Part shown: positions 10,437 through 20,703 of the stretch, piece after piece
Position numbering within the stretch: position 1 is the first letter of the stretch
How the letters are laid out: each line of letters starts with the position of its first letter
Origin: Candidatus Delongbacteria bacterium
GTDB lineage: Bacteria > CAIWAD01
Direction of reading: 5' to 3'
Assembly: GCA_963663545.1 (NCBI GenBank)
Contig: OY760505.1
Location: forward strand, 288,001 to 352,000
Length of the DNA stretch: 64,000 nucleotides
The notes under the pieces: generated by a model
Told to the model about the DNA's origin: nothing
The model's database searches: none
What the model saw: the letters and a program-made list of their open reading frames with translations, nothing else
Program-made: the position numbers and the translations under genes

Positions 10437-10445
10437 GGGCAACTC

Positions 10446-11072
10446 CTAACTCTTTTCCCGTTGCTCGATGGCCAAGGCCCTTTCACGAATCAGGCGCGAA
10501 ATTCCGGCGGCGCGCTCGGGGGGCATTGCCGCAAGGATTTTTGCGGCAGTTCGCTCTTCGATCTGCAGCAGAATGGCCGCCACGCTGCGATCGTCCATCT
10601 TCATCATAACGGGAGCCGCCTTGCGCGGCTGCATCGAACCAAAGACGCGCGAGAGGCGCGCGATGTCGCCGGAGGTCAGCTCCAGCTCGCGACGTTCCAT
10701 TTCATCTAGCTGTTCACGCAGGGAATCCAGCCGCGAGATCATGCGAGCGGTTGAATCCTGCATCATGGCCAACTGGGTATTCTTCTCGACGACGTGATCC
10801 ACCAACTCGCCAATGGCCATGCTCAGACTGTCGGCCAGAAGCGAATCCATGGCGGCCTCGTACAGCGGATTGGGCCGGTTCTGCTCCAGCTCCGTCTGCG
10901 TGGCCTCCAGCTCTTCCATGTTCTTCTGGAAAAAGAAGAACATCATCATGTTGATGATGGCCATCGAGGTAAAGAAAGCGCCGACGACCAGCAGAACTTT
11001 CCCACCCTTCTTCTTGCCACCCTTTTTCGGCGGCTCCTGAGCCTCGCCTTCAAGGCGTTCTTTTTCGGCCAT
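10446..11072 (-). CDS. MotE/FlbB-like (MgtE N-terminal-domain) flagellar protein with N-terminal TM helix
   Basis: One TM segment, coiled coil, then VFGSMQPRKAAPVMMKM...AAKILAAMPPERAA; usual slot between fliJ and fliK. Confidence 0.75.
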   Translation of the reverse strand: MAEKERLEGEAQEPPKKGGKKKGGKVLLVVGAFFTSMAIINMMMFFFFQKNMEELEATQTELEQNRPNPLYEAAMDSLLADSLSMAIGELVDHVVEKNTQLAMMQDSTARMISRLDSLREQLDEMERRELELTSGDIARLSRVFGSMQPRKAAPVMMKMDDRSVAAILLQIEERTAAKILAAMPPERAAGISRLIRERALAIEQREKS

Positions 11073-11095
11073 TGCCGGCTCCTCGCGTGGGGCGA

Positions 11096-11602
11096 CTAGC
11101 GCCCGGACCGCTTGCTGCCTAGAGTTTTCGACTTCGCGCGCTCTTCGCCCGGTCGCGTGTGATCCAAACGCTGCCAGGCCTCGCGCAATCCGATATCATC
11201 CAATACGACCCGTTCGGCATGCGCTTCTTCGCGCAGCCAGGCTTCCTGCCATCGTTCGTGGAGGCGATCGAAAGCCTGCCGATCGCGGCCAGCCTCCACC
11301 AGTCGCTCGCGCGCCTTCTGCAGCGGCTCCTGTAGCAACTCCATCTTGGCTGAACGCCGACGGATATTCAGCTCCTGCCACTCCAGATACGCGTTCACCA
11401 GCGTCCAGCGATCTGAGGAAATTCCTGCCGCCATTTCCTCGCCGGCGCGCTCGTTCATCTCACAGAGCAATTGACGGGCCTCTTCCAGCGAACGCCGCTG
11501 GAGCTCCTGCTCCTGCAACAGTGCGCCCAGCTCGAGCTTGCGCTTTTTCTCGAGGCGCTCTTTGATGCGTTGCACACGCTTCAGCCGAAAACTGGCGCTC
11601 AT
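11096..11602 (-). CDS. fliJ: Flagellar export protein FliJ
   Basis: FRLKRVQRIKE N-terminus, coiled coil, E...LDD C-terminal motif; overlaps the fliI stop. Confidence 0.85.
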   Translation of the reverse strand: MSASFRLKRVQRIKERLEKKRKLELGALLQEQELQRRSLEEARQLLCEMNERAGEEMAAGISSDRWTLVNAYLEWQELNIRRRSAKMELLQEPLQKARERLVEAGRDRQAFDRLHERWQEAWLREEAHAERVVLDDIGLREAWQRLDHTRPGEERAKSKTLGSKRSGR

Positions 11603-12957
11603 CGCGCGCCCTGGGCCTGCGTGCTACGCGCCGCGCTTTGTGCTTGCTGAGTCAGAAGGCGCAGTCCCTCAAGGGTGTCTGCGAAGCGTGTGCCCTCGTA
11701 CATATCCTGCTGTAGAAAGGTGCGAATGGATTCCATGCGACGTAGCGCTTCGTCCACATCGGGATCCGCCCCGCGCTGGTAGGCGCCGATCTGGATCAAA
11801 TCCTCCGCTTCCTGATGGGCGGCCAGCCAGCGCTGCAATCTGCGGCTGGACTGCAAGTGCTCGGCGTCGACCAGATCGGTCATGACGCGTGATACACTGG
11901 CCAAAGTGTCGATGGCCGGATAATGGCCGCGGTCCGCCAGTCGCCGCGAAAGCACCATGTGACCATCCAGGATCGAGCGGGCCGAATCGGCAATGGGATC
12001 GGTCATGTCGTCGCCATCAACGAGCACCGTGTAGAAAGCGGTAATGGCGCCGTGCTGGTCGCGACCGGTACGTTCCAGCAGCGAAGGCAGCAGCGCAAAA
12101 ACCGAAGGCGTGTAGCCCTTTGTGGTCGGCGGCTCACCCGCTGCCAGACCAATCTCCCGCTGCGCCATGGCCACACGCGTGAGACTGTCCATCAGCAGCA
12201 GCACGTCCAACCCACGATCGCGGAAGCTCTCCGCCAGTGCCGTGGCCATTTGCGCGCCGCGCCGCTTCAGCAGCGGTGCCATGTCGCTGGTAACCACGAC
12301 GACCACGCTGCGCGCCAGACCCTCAGGCCCCAGGTCGCGCTCGATGAACTCGCGCACTTCGCGACCGCGCTCGCCGATGAGCCCGATCACGTTGACCTGC
12401 GCACTGCTCATGCGCGAAATCATGCCCAGCAGCACACTCTTGCCCACACCCGCACCAGCAAAGATGCCGACGCGCTGGCCGCTGCCGCAGGTGAGTTGAG
12501 AATCGATGGCGCGAATTCCGGTGGACAGTACCTGGTCGATACGCGGGCGACTGAGAGCTGCGGGTGCCAGGCGATGCAGCGGAACGGATTCCACTGTCGC
12601 CAAGGGCCCCAAGCCATCCAGTGGCCTGCCGAGCGGATCGATAACGCGGCCCAGGAGCTGCATGCCCGCAGGCACCGTGGGCGGCAGCGGGCTGCGTCTC
12701 ACTGTATCACCAGGACTAATTCCCGTCAAATCGCCCAAGGGCATCAGCAGTGTGTTACCGGCGCGAAAGCCGATGATCTCGGCCTCAATGCTGCCGCCGT
12801 CACGGGCGCGCTCGATGCGGCAGGCGTCGCCCAGACTGCCCTCCGGGCCACGACTCTCAACCACCAGACCCGTGACACGATCCACGCGACCCAGCAACGG
12901 CCAGGCCTGCTGGTGGATCACGCTCTCGTAGAGCCCGCTCAGTGCCAGCTCGCTCAC
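11599..12957 (-). CDS. fliI: Flagellar export ATPase FliI
   Basis: Walker A GAGVGKS, IGERGREV, MDSLTR, GEPPTTKGYTPS motifs. Confidence 0.97.
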   Translation of the reverse strand: MSELALSGLYESVIHQQAWPLLGRVDRVTGLVVESRGPEGSLGDACRIERARDGGSIEAEIIGFRAGNTLLMPLGDLTGISPGDTVRRSPLPPTVPAGMQLLGRVIDPLGRPLDGLGPLATVESVPLHRLAPAALSRPRIDQVLSTGIRAIDSQLTCGSGQRVGIFAGAGVGKSVLLGMISRMSSAQVNVIGLIGERGREVREFIERDLGPEGLARSVVVVVTSDMAPLLKRRGAQMATALAESFRDRGLDVLLLMDSLTRVAMAQREIGLAAGEPPTTKGYTPSVFALLPSLLERTGRDQHGAITAFYTVLVDGDDMTDPIADSARSILDGHMVLSRRLADRGHYPAIDTLASVSRVMTDLVDAEHLQSSRRLQRWLAAHQEAEDLIQIGAYQRGADPDVDEALRRMESIRTFLQQDMYEGTRFADTLEGLRLLTQQAQSAARSTQAQGAR

Positions 12958-13691
12958 GCCTCGTCCTCGGTAGCGGGACGTCGGACAATGGCCGCCAACG
13001 CCTGTTCCTCGAGATGGGCGAGCATTTCAGCAGGCAGTGTGTCGACGACGCCGTGCGCCAACTCCAGACGGCAGGAGCCCAGTGGGATCTCGGGACTCGC
13101 TACCCATTCAACACGCCCCTGCAAGCGCTGTCTAAGCTGTTCCATGCCAGGGTCCGCACTCAGACGACGGCGGTCCTCGGGGTGCAGACGAAAGCGATAC
13201 ACGTCCTCGCCCGCCCAGTGCTCCACCAGCTCGCGCACTTGACGCCCCAGCAACTGTTCGTCCAGCGGCAGTTCGCGCGCCAGCACACGTTCGGCCATCC
13301 AGCGCACCAGGCGCACCAGCTCACGATCTGCATCACGGTGATACTCGCCGGCTGCACGACGGAACTCCGTCTGCATCAGCGCAATCAGGCTGAACTGCTC
13401 GCGCATCTGCGCCAGCATTTCCTCGCGTCCCTGCTCGCGTCCCTCCTCGAGGGCCTGATTGGAGGCGGCCTCGAGACGACGATCCTCTTCAGCGGCCATC
13501 TCCGCCAGACTGGCCATCAGGCGACGATTATCCTCCTGCAAACGCTCGATGCGGCGCTGGTAGACGCGCATGGCGGTGCGCTCGCGCTCGCTGGCTTCGG
13601 GCATGCGCTGTGTGACACGCACTTCCTCAGGGCTTGCGGTATCGACGTAGCTCGCGCCTCCGGCTCGTATGCGGTCGGCGGGAATGATCAC
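12954..13691 (-). CDS. fliH: Flagellar assembly protein FliH
   Basis: EEGREQGREE repeats, LHPED, GSCRLELAHGVVD; between fliG and fliI. Confidence 0.88.
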   Translation of the reverse strand: MIIPADRIRAGGASYVDTASPEEVRVTQRMPEASERERTAMRVYQRRIERLQEDNRRLMASLAEMAAEEDRRLEAASNQALEEGREQGREEMLAQMREQFSLIALMQTEFRRAAGEYHRDADRELVRLVRWMAERVLARELPLDEQLLGRQVRELVEHWAGEDVYRFRLHPEDRRRLSADPGMEQLRQRLQGRVEWVASPEIPLGSCRLELAHGVVDTLPAEMLAHLEEQALAAIVRRPATEDEA

Positions 13692-13704
13692 AATGCGCTC
13701 CTGA

Positions 13705-14727
13705 TTAGACCATCACATCGCTGTTGTCGGAGGTACGGCTGATATGGATCTGGCCCTCCTCCTCGAGGCGACGGATGACGTCGACGATGCGCTGCTGCAC
13801 CTCTTCCACTTCGCGCAGACGCACCGGCGGCATGAATTCGAGTTCTTCGCGGATCATCTCGGCGGCACGGCTGGAGACGTTGCCCAGCATCTTGTCCGCC
13901 AGATCCGAGGTACAGGCCTTCAGCGCCAGCGTCAAGTCCTTGTTGTCCACCTCGCGCAGCACCTGCTGAATGGTGCGATCGTCCATGTTGATGATGTCTT
14001 CGAAGACGAACATCAGGTTCTTGATTTCGGCGGACAGATCCGGATCCTCGCGCGAAATGCCCTGCAGCACGCTCTTCTCCACACTCGAACCCGTCAGGTT
14101 GAGGATGTCGGCGGCCGCCTTTACGCCACCCAGCACCGAACCCATGGCGCTGAAGTCGATGCGGCTCTCGAGCACGCGCTCGACGCTCTGGATGGTTTCC
14201 GGTGATACACGCTCCATCTTCGAGAAGCGCAGGAGCGCCTCCGTGGCGATGTCCGTGGGCAGATTGGCCAGAATGTCGGCCGCCTGGGGCGGACTGAGCT
14301 GAGTCAGCACTAGCGCGATGGTCTGGGGGTGTTCACGCTGCAGGAAGCTCAGCAGCTCGCTGGAGTCCACATCTTTGAGCACGTTGAAGCCCTTGATTTG
14401 CAGACTGGCTTTCACTCGCTTGATGATGTCGATGGCCCTCATTTCGCCCAGTGCGCTCTGCAGCACATTCTGAGCGTAGTTCATACCGCCTTCCTTGATG
14501 TAGTCGGAGGCGAGAACCATTTCGTAAAAATCCTCTTCGGATGCACTCAAAACATCGGCGGGCATGTTTCCGAGCTGGATGATCTCCTTGGTGATCAGCT
14601 CCACTTCGTCGTCTTCGAGGTGCTTGATCACTTCGGTGGCCGACTCGGGACCGATGCTGATCATGAAAGCGGCCGCCTTCTGGATGCCGCTAAGTTCCTC
14701 GTACTGGGTCAGTCTGTCCTGTGACAT
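13705..14727 (-). CDS. fliG: Flagellar motor switch protein FliG
   Basis: LSGIQKAA, EHPQTIALVL, GGVKAAADILN, MFVFED, VEEVQQRIV motifs. Confidence 0.97.
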   Translation of the reverse strand: MSQDRLTQYEELSGIQKAAAFMISIGPESATEVIKHLEDDEVELITKEIIQLGNMPADVLSASEEDFYEMVLASDYIKEGGMNYAQNVLQSALGEMRAIDIIKRVKASLQIKGFNVLKDVDSSELLSFLQREHPQTIALVLTQLSPPQAADILANLPTDIATEALLRFSKMERVSPETIQSVERVLESRIDFSAMGSVLGGVKAAADILNLTGSSVEKSVLQGISREDPDLSAEIKNLMFVFEDIINMDDRTIQQVLREVDNKDLTLALKACTSDLADKMLGNVSSRAAEMIREELEFMPPVRLREVEEVQQRIVDVIRRLEEEGQIHISRTSDNSDVMV

Positions 14728-14730
14728 GGC

Positions 14731-16290
14731 TCAGGCCTCCAGCAGCCAGGTGCGCACCAGGCGGGCTGCTTCTTCGGGACTTTCCTTGCAGAACTCCATC
14801 ACCTTGCGGTGCGTGCGAATCAGCTGCCGCTGTTCGGGCGAACGCTGGTTCTCCGCCTCGGCGGAAAGCGGCATATCGTCCTCGGGTTCGTCGCCACTGC
14901 GACCACGGGCGCTGGCCAGAATCAAGGCACGCTTGTCGTCGAAGGCCACGCTGATGCTGCGATTGACGCGCACCACCACGTTGCGCAGCGTGATCAGAAA
15001 GACCACGATGCCAACCACAAAGATGATCTTGCGCAGAATATCCACACCGATGTTCTGGTACTGCATGCGACGCAGGCCGCTCATTTGGTCTTCGCGCTCG
15101 CTATTGTCGAAGGCGATGTTCATGGCGCTGATTTCGTCGCCGCGTGAGGCACTGAAACCGACGGCGGCCTTGAGCACATTGCCCAGACGCGCCATCTCGT
15201 CATCGCTGCGCGGCATGTAGGTCATGACCTGATCGCCGTCCTGCTCTACTTCCACGTAGGTGCCGTCCACCACCAGGGATACCGTGATACGTCGCAGGGC
15301 GCCCTGCTGGCCACGACTGTGCTCGAGGATCTCGTTCACCTCGTAATTCGTGATACGCCGCTCCTGATTGGTGGCGCTGGTATCCTGGGCGGTGCTGCTC
15401 TCTTCGTTGCTCTCCTGACTGCGCACGCTGCGCTTCTCAGGATCGAAGAGGCGGCTGGTGCGCTCGAGATAGGTGAAGTCCAGCTCTGCGGCCACGCGTA
15501 CTACACTGCGACCGGCGCCCAGCACCTGGTCCATCACCTGCTGGCCGGCGCGGGTCAGATAGGCATCGACGCGGCGATTGAGCTCGAGCTGCTTGTTGGT
15601 GACGGTGAAGAACTCGCTCTGGTCGCTGGCCTCGTTGAGCAGACGGCCACGGCTGTCCACGACGGTGACACGCGTGGGATCCAGGTTTTCGACGCTGGCG
15701 GCCACCAGCGCCACCACGCTCTGCACTTCGGCAGCGGGCGCCTGGGCTCCGACGGTGACCAGTGTGACGCTGGCGGTAACGGGCACGTCCTCGTCGCTGA
15801 AGAGGCTGGGTCGCGGCTGCACGATGTGTACGGTGGCGGCCTCGATCCAGTCGAGGGCGGCCAGCGTGCGCGCCAACTCGCCCTCGAGCGCGCGCTTCTG
15901 CATCATCTCCAGTTCGCGATCGCTGATGCCCAGTCGCTGCTGATCCAGCAGCTCGTAACCCGCGATGGGTTTGTGCGGACCTCCGTCGGCGGCCAGTTTG
16001 ATGCGCAGACGGTAGAGCTCGCTGCGGGGCACCATGACCGTACCGCCGCCCGCCGTCAACTTGTAGGGCACCTTCTGCGCTTCGAGGCTCTCCACCACCT
16101 TGCCGGCTTCGGCCTCCGCCAGGTTCGAGTAGAGGGGCGCCCAGTCGGGCTGGCTGGCCCAGACGCCCAGCAGCACGATCAGCACCAGACCGCCCACCAG
16201 CGCGGCGCCCGTCAATACCAGGCGCACGCGACCAGGGCCGTTCCAGCTCTCGCGCACATAATCCAAAAGGCTTTGTAGGAACTTGGGCAC
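14731..16290 (-). CDS. fliF: Flagellar M-ring protein FliF
   Basis: Two TM segments; GYELLD, RALEGELARTL, VAASVENL, AVGFSASRGDEI motifs. Confidence 0.96.
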   Translation of the reverse strand: MPKFLQSLLDYVRESWNGPGRVRLVLTGAALVGGLVLIVLLGVWASQPDWAPLYSNLAEAEAGKVVESLEAQKVPYKLTAGGGTVMVPRSELYRLRIKLAADGGPHKPIAGYELLDQQRLGISDRELEMMQKRALEGELARTLAALDWIEAATVHIVQPRPSLFSDEDVPVTASVTLVTVGAQAPAAEVQSVVALVAASVENLDPTRVTVVDSRGRLLNEASDQSEFFTVTNKQLELNRRVDAYLTRAGQQVMDQVLGAGRSVVRVAAELDFTYLERTSRLFDPEKRSVRSQESNEESSTAQDTSATNQERRITNYEVNEILEHSRGQQGALRRITVSLVVDGTYVEVEQDGDQVMTYMPRSDDEMARLGNVLKAAVGFSASRGDEISAMNIAFDNSEREDQMSGLRRMQYQNIGVDILRKIIFVVGIVVFLITLRNVVVRVNRSISVAFDDKRALILASARGRSGDEPEDDMPLSAEAENQRSPEQRQLIRTHRKVMEFCKESPEEAARLVRTWLLEA

Positions 16291-16304
16291 GGTTCAACTC
16301 CGCC

Positions 16305-16649
16305 TTAGATCTGCATTCTCATGACTTCCTGGTAGCCTTCCATCAGCTTGTTGCGGACCTCCACCAGAAAGCGGAAGGAGGTGCTGGCCTTTTCCATGGC
16401 CAGCATGGCGTCGTGGACATTCTCCACTTCGCCAGCGATGAAGCGCGCAGACATTTCGTCGCTGTTCACCTGCTGCTCGTTGACCGATTCCACCACCTTC
16501 TTCATGGTGTCGGTGAAGCTCGGCCCGTCGACGCTGCTGCTGCCTTGTGATACACCGGTGCCACTCGTTCCCGTGCGGATTCCGGCGGTCTCGTTGCGGT
16601 AGCCGGAAAGCAGCTGGTTGAAGCGTTCGCTGGGACTGATTACCGCCAT
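16305..16649 (-). CDS. fliE: Hook-basal body complex protein FliE
   Basis: C-terminal EVRNKLMEGYQEVMRMQI. Confidence 0.95.
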   Translation of the reverse strand: MAVISPSERFNQLLSGYRNETAGIRTGTSGTGVSQGSSSVDGPSFTDTMKKVVESVNEQQVNSDEMSARFIAGEVENVHDAMLAMEKASTSFRFLVEVRNKLMEGYQEVMRMQI

Positions 16650-16650
16650 A

Positions 16651-17151
16651 CTAGATCTCCAGAGCCTTGGCAGCCATTTCCTTGGCGGCCTGAATCGCCG
16701 TCAAGTTCGCCTCGTAAGCGCGACTGGCCGCAATCAAGTGCGTCATTTCTTCCACCAGATTGATGTCGGGATAGGCCACATAGCCGTTCTCGTCCGCGTC
16801 GGGATGGTCGGGATCGAACTCCATGCGCGGCTTGCGGTTCTGGGTCTGAATCTCCGCCTGGACGCCGTGCAGGGATTCGGGATAATCGCCCGCCTCGGTG
16901 GAGTTGATGTGATCCGGATGCGTGGTCAGGATCTCCACGCCCTCACGCTGCTCGGGATCGAAGTACTCCTGCTGCAGCTCGCCCTCGCGCATGGTGGTTA
17001 CCAGCGGCTGAAAGGGACCGCCGTTGGCGCCGCGCGTGGTGTGCACGTTGGCGATGTTCTCGCTGATGGCGTCCATGCGGCGACGCTGGGCCTGCAGCCC
17101 GCTGCGGCTGATGTCCAGATTGAAGAAAGCGGTGGGGTCCTGAATCTTCAT
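16651..17151 (-). CDS. flgC: Basal body rod protein FlgC
   Basis: ISRSGLQAQRRRMDAISENIAN; FDPDHPDADENGYVAYPDINLVEEM...SRAYEAN. Confidence 0.96.
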   Translation of the reverse strand: MKIQDPTAFFNLDISRSGLQAQRRRMDAISENIANVHTTRGANGGPFQPLVTTMREGELQQEYFDPEQREGVEILTTHPDHINSTEAGDYPESLHGVQAEIQTQNRKPRMEFDPDHPDADENGYVAYPDINLVEEMTHLIAASRAYEANLTAIQAAKEMAAKALEI

Positions 17152-17167
17152 TCTCTACACCTTGTGA

Positions 17168-17593
17168 CTAGTCCTGACCGGTGATGGCCAAACGCAGACT
17201 GCTGAATTTCTCTTGTGTCACACGCGTCTCAAAACGCCAGGTGAGCATCACACGCGCCAGCTCGGTCATTTCGCGGTCGATGTCGATGTTGTTGTGGCCG
17301 TTGAAATAGTCGGTGTTCTCGTCCACCGACAGCTTGGCCTGCACCACCTCGGCGTCGCCCGGGTGCGGCAGATGCTCGGGATGCGTGCGGGAAATCTCGC
17401 CGGAACGGTTTTCCTCCAGCGCTTCCTTCAGCTGCTCCTCGAATTCCACCACGCGACGCTGATAACCGTCCACTTCGGCGTTGGCCACGTTGTTGGCAAT
17501 GGCCTTCTGACGCAGCGCGGCCGCGTCCAGCGCGCTGTCCAGCAGGGGCAGCAGGCTGCGGCGGAAGAGCAGGTTGTCGCTGATTTCGTTCAT
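17168..17593 (-). CDS. flgB: Basal body rod protein FlgB
   Basis: LRQKAIANNVANAEVDGY; NNIDIDREM; start placed at the ATG following GGAGA. Confidence 0.93.
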   Translation of the reverse strand: MNEISDNLLFRRSLLPLLDSALDAAALRQKAIANNVANAEVDGYQRRVVEFEEQLKEALEENRSGEISRTHPEHLPHPGDAEVVQAKLSVDENTDYFNGHNNIDIDREMTELARVMLTWRFETRVTQEKFSSLRLAITGQD

Positions 17594-17654
17594 CATTCTC
17601 TCCAGGAATTCCGGTCCACGATTGCCCACGGGACCATGATCCGCGATGCTTTCG

Positions 17655-17669
17655 GCAATTCCTGTGCCA
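17655..17669 (-). promoter_or_regulatory. Sigma54 (-24/-12) promoter of the flagellar operon
   Basis: TGGCAC-AGGAA-TTGC, a perfect match to the TGGCAC-N5-TTGC consensus, ~60 nt upstream of flgB. Confidence 0.85.
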
Positions 17670-17779
17670 TGTAGCTAAGGCTAGGAGAATTCTGGTGTAA
17701 GTTCCGGAATGCAGAACTTCAGGAGTGGTGGATAGGGGGGCGTGCTTGCCCCCCTATGGAATTTGTTTCCCCCCGCTCA

Positions 17780-19128
17780 AATCGGTATCGGTGCCGACCC
17801 TGCGGGTCGGATCGCTATCGGTATCGAGGCATTGCCGTGCAGCCAGCCGTATGTATCCTATGGACGAAGGCGTGCTACTCTGTGGAACGACGCTGACAGC
17901 TGAGTTCATTTGCACGACTTCGTCGAGGTCACGTGCGCAGCGCGTGACACGCCTAGCGGCGGGGCTCTCGTCTGCGACGCAGCGAAAGAGCACCGCCGAC
18001 GCGGTGCAGGACCTACTTTTCTTTGTCGCAACAAAGAAAAGTAGGGCAAAAGAAAATGCTCGGGCTCTCCGACCCGAGGACGCTTGTCCGCTGGACAACC
18101 GCCGCGGGCGGGTACCATATGCTTGCAGCAGGGCTACGCTCATGTGTTCACACCTTCGGTGTTCACTTATGGCCTTACGGCCATTTGGGTGTGTCTGCTA
18201 TAGGGATGAGTGGCTGTATGGTTGAAGAATCGGGGCCGATTCTTCAGCCTCTTCTGACGGGAAGCCCAGTGTACACTATGGACGAAGACCCGCAATTTAG
18301 CGGAGTTGCAAATACGGTCGCACGAGATGCGGGGCTTCGTCGAGGTGCTGACCGCATAGCGGGCAGCACACCTGTATGGCTGAAGAATCGGCAGCCGATT
18401 CTTCGGCTTCTCTTCGACAGGAAGCCATTGTACACTGTGGGCGAAGACGTGCAGTTTCGTAGCGATGAGATTGCAGCAATTCATGATGCACGGGTTCGCC
18501 GAGGTGTTTTGCGAAGCAAAACACACGCGGGCGGGCACCATTTGATGGCTGAGGGGCTACGCTCATGTGTTCACAACGTAGGGCAGAATTCGCAAAGCGG
18601 ATTCTGCGAGCGACTTGACCCGAAGCAAAGCTAAGGGGCAAGTCGACGTTCACCTCTGGCCTAACGGCCATCTGGGTGAGCTGGCTTAGGGGTAGAGTGG
18701 CTGTATGGCTGAAGAATCGGCAGCCGATTCTTCGCCTTCTCTTCGACAGGAAGCCATTGTACACTGTGGGCGAAGACGTGCAGTTTCGTAGCGATGAGAT
18801 TGCAGCAATTCATGATGCACTGGTTCGCCGAGGTGTTTTGCGAAGCAAAACACACGCGGGCGGGTACCATTTATTGGCTTCTGGGCTACGCTCATTTGTT
18901 CACACCTTCGGTGTTCACTCTTGGCCTAACGGCCATCTGGGTGAGCTGGCTTAGGGGTAGAGTGGCTGTATGGCTGAAGAATCGGCAGCCGATTCTTCGG
19001 CTTCTCTTCGACAGCAATCATTGAAGGCCAGGAGGAGATTTCTCGCGAATTCGCAGAGCGGCGCAAGCGGCTCAAACTGAATGCGAGGAATCTCCGAGGT
19101 GTCGAGCACGTCGTGCTCGACACACGAG
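17780..19128. repeat. Left palindrome-rich repeat mosaic (REP/MITE-like), inverted relative to 29975-30790
   Basis: GAAGAATCGGCAGCCGATTCTTC-type palindromes at 18224, 18382, 18711 and 18976; internal direct repeats (18373-18570 vs 18702-18900); no credible protein. Confidence 0.85.
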
Positions 19129-19129
19129 T

Positions 19130-19534
19130 TCAATGCTTGAGCAGTTGCTTCAAATCGATGGTGCTTGCAGGGAAAGCGGCAAGCAGACCTTTGTCGGACG
19201 TGAAGAGGGGCACTTCCAGGCGCCGGGCCAGGGTAAGAAACTCGCAGTCGTAGGCCGGGCACGCGGATTCGTCGACACAGGAAAGCACATCAGCCGAGGC
19301 AGGCTCGTACTCCCCGCCGCTCATCAGTTCTTCCGCCTCCGTCATGAGTTGCAGAGCGGCACTTCTGCTTAGCTGACCGCCGCGCATGTACTGCGCAAGT
19401 ACGTTGCGGAACTCGCTGCGCCACAGCAGGGGAGCAAGCCAGTGGGAATCGCGCATGAACAGGGCTTCCGCATGAGGTGTGTACTCGCCCTCAATCAGCA
19501 GATAGGCAATCACATTGGTGTCCACGACAATCAT
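19130..19534 (-). CDS. vapC: Type II TA toxin, VapC/PIN family
   Basis: MIVVDTNV...E...AYDC...TSD acidic PIN motifs; start overlaps the antitoxin stop. Confidence 0.92.
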   Translation of the reverse strand: MIVVDTNVIAYLLIEGEYTPHAEALFMRDSHWLAPLLWRSEFRNVLAQYMRGGQLSRSAALQLMTEAEELMSGGEYEPASADVLSCVDESACPAYDCEFLTLARRLEVPLFTSDKGLLAAFPASTIDLKQLLKH

Positions 19535-19773
19535 GAGCGCCCCTGCGTACGCGCCTGGTCCAGTAGCTCCTGGGTCAATGCGGGCAGTTTGCGCCGACTA
19601 CGAGCGGCCGCCAGACGCTCGAGCAGCTCGTGCCTGCCCGAGGGACACGACCCCAGCGATGTGCTCAAGCGGTATAAGATTTCTCCTGCAATGCTGCGGT
19701 AGTTGGCTTGGGCACTGAATCTGATCCTCTCATACAAATCGTCGGGAATGTTCTTCAAGGTGATGGCTGGCAT
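19531..19773 (-). CDS. Antitoxin, Arc/FitA-like ribbon-helix-helix protein
   Basis: MPAITLKNIPDDLYERIRFSAQANYRSIAGEI RHH pattern; 80 aa; directly upstream of the PIN gene. Confidence 0.88.
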   Translation of the reverse strand: MPAITLKNIPDDLYERIRFSAQANYRSIAGEILYRLSTSLGSCPSGRHELLERLAAARSRRKLPALTQELLDQARTQGRS

Positions 19774-19785
19774 AGACGGCCTCGT

Positions 19786-19813
19786 GGTTCCATTTCGGTT
19801 GTGATTCGGAACC
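19786..19813. promoter_or_regulatory. Probable TA autoregulatory operator
   Basis: Inverted repeat GGTTCC-N16-GGAACC just upstream of the antitoxin start. Confidence 0.5.
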
Positions 19814-20048
19814 TAGTTTCAGCCTTGCACAAACACAAGCTACTTCCGCCTTGCTGGATTCCCTCCAGTATTTGGTCCTGAGGAAGGGGACGAGATCGTG
19901 GTGTCAGCGAACCTGCACACTTTTCTGCTCTCGTTCACCTGTTCTTTCTCATGACACGAGCGGGGCAATGGATCGGTATCTCTTTCGGCAGTGGTTTCGA
20001 CTTCCCGGAACACGTGGTCTACCGGCAATTTGGAGAAGTTGGCCGTTG

Positions 20049-20448
20049 TCAAAGCTGCGCCAGCCATTGTTTAACCAAACTTTGGATATACTCGCACTTT
20101 GCGACTGCATCCGAGTCAGACGCAAACGAAATGATGCAGCGATCCTTCGCTACCCACTTCACTAAACCCAAAACCCAGCGAATCATCCAACTGGAATTGC
20201 ACTGAATTGTCCTTGGTCTTTGCACCTCTATGAAGGATGAGCTGGAACATAGCGCCTGGATGGATCCGAAACGTTGCAAAGTGATCATCAAGGTAGAAGC
20301 TTGGAGCATTCCATTTCACTTCTTCTTGAATTCTCGTGTCTATGCCAAGAACTGCAATGCGTAGTGCTTCAATGCCCTTCTTGTACGGGTGCTGCAAGGC
20401 TACAAGGAATTCTTCAACTGACGAGGATTCTGACTTCTTCTTTGCCAT
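20049..20448 (-). pseudogene. DUF1801 (YdhG-like) protein, frameshifted
   Basis: EEVKWNAPSF motif; removing one copy of the 7-bp duplication AAACCCA (20164-20177) restores ...DDSLGLVKWVAKDRCIISF...VKQWLAQL. Confidence 0.8.
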
Positions 20449-20468
20449 CGATCATCTCATGTGTTGTT

Positions 20469-20700
20469 GGCTAACGTCGGCTTCTGCGGCACACGGCTAG
20501 TGGGTGTCGACTCGAAGCGAGTCGGGCGACGCTTGCGTCGCAAGATCTACGGGTTCGCGAAGCGAACCGGCTTTCGCTGAACCGTAACTTATGCATGCTC
20601 ACCTTCTTTGCCTTGGAGCGCCAAGGAAACCGCTACTTGTCGATAGTTCCGGAATTGTAGCGTAATTTCGCTTATAGCCAAGAAAAACAGTGTGGCTGCC
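20469..20700 (-). other. Degenerate, long attC-like site
   Basis: GTTAGCC core at 20469-20475 precedes the DUF1801 gene; several internal hairpins; no intact R'' end found. Confidence 0.5.
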
Positions 20701-20703
20701 TGC

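Noticed and set aside
11923-16278. Long antisense ORFs opposite fliI, fliH and fliF (similar ones lie opposite dnaE2 and the peptidases)
   Set aside because: Typical stop-poor antisense frames of high-GC coding genes
18224-18998. Four ~23-bp palindromes as a mini-CRISPR
   Set aside because: Spacing is irregular (158, 329, 265 bp) and the intervening DNA is itself repeated
17725-19262. Short ORFs in the repeat arms (also 29773-30854)
   Set aside because: They overlap on both strands within palindromic repeats and show no recognisable protein motifs
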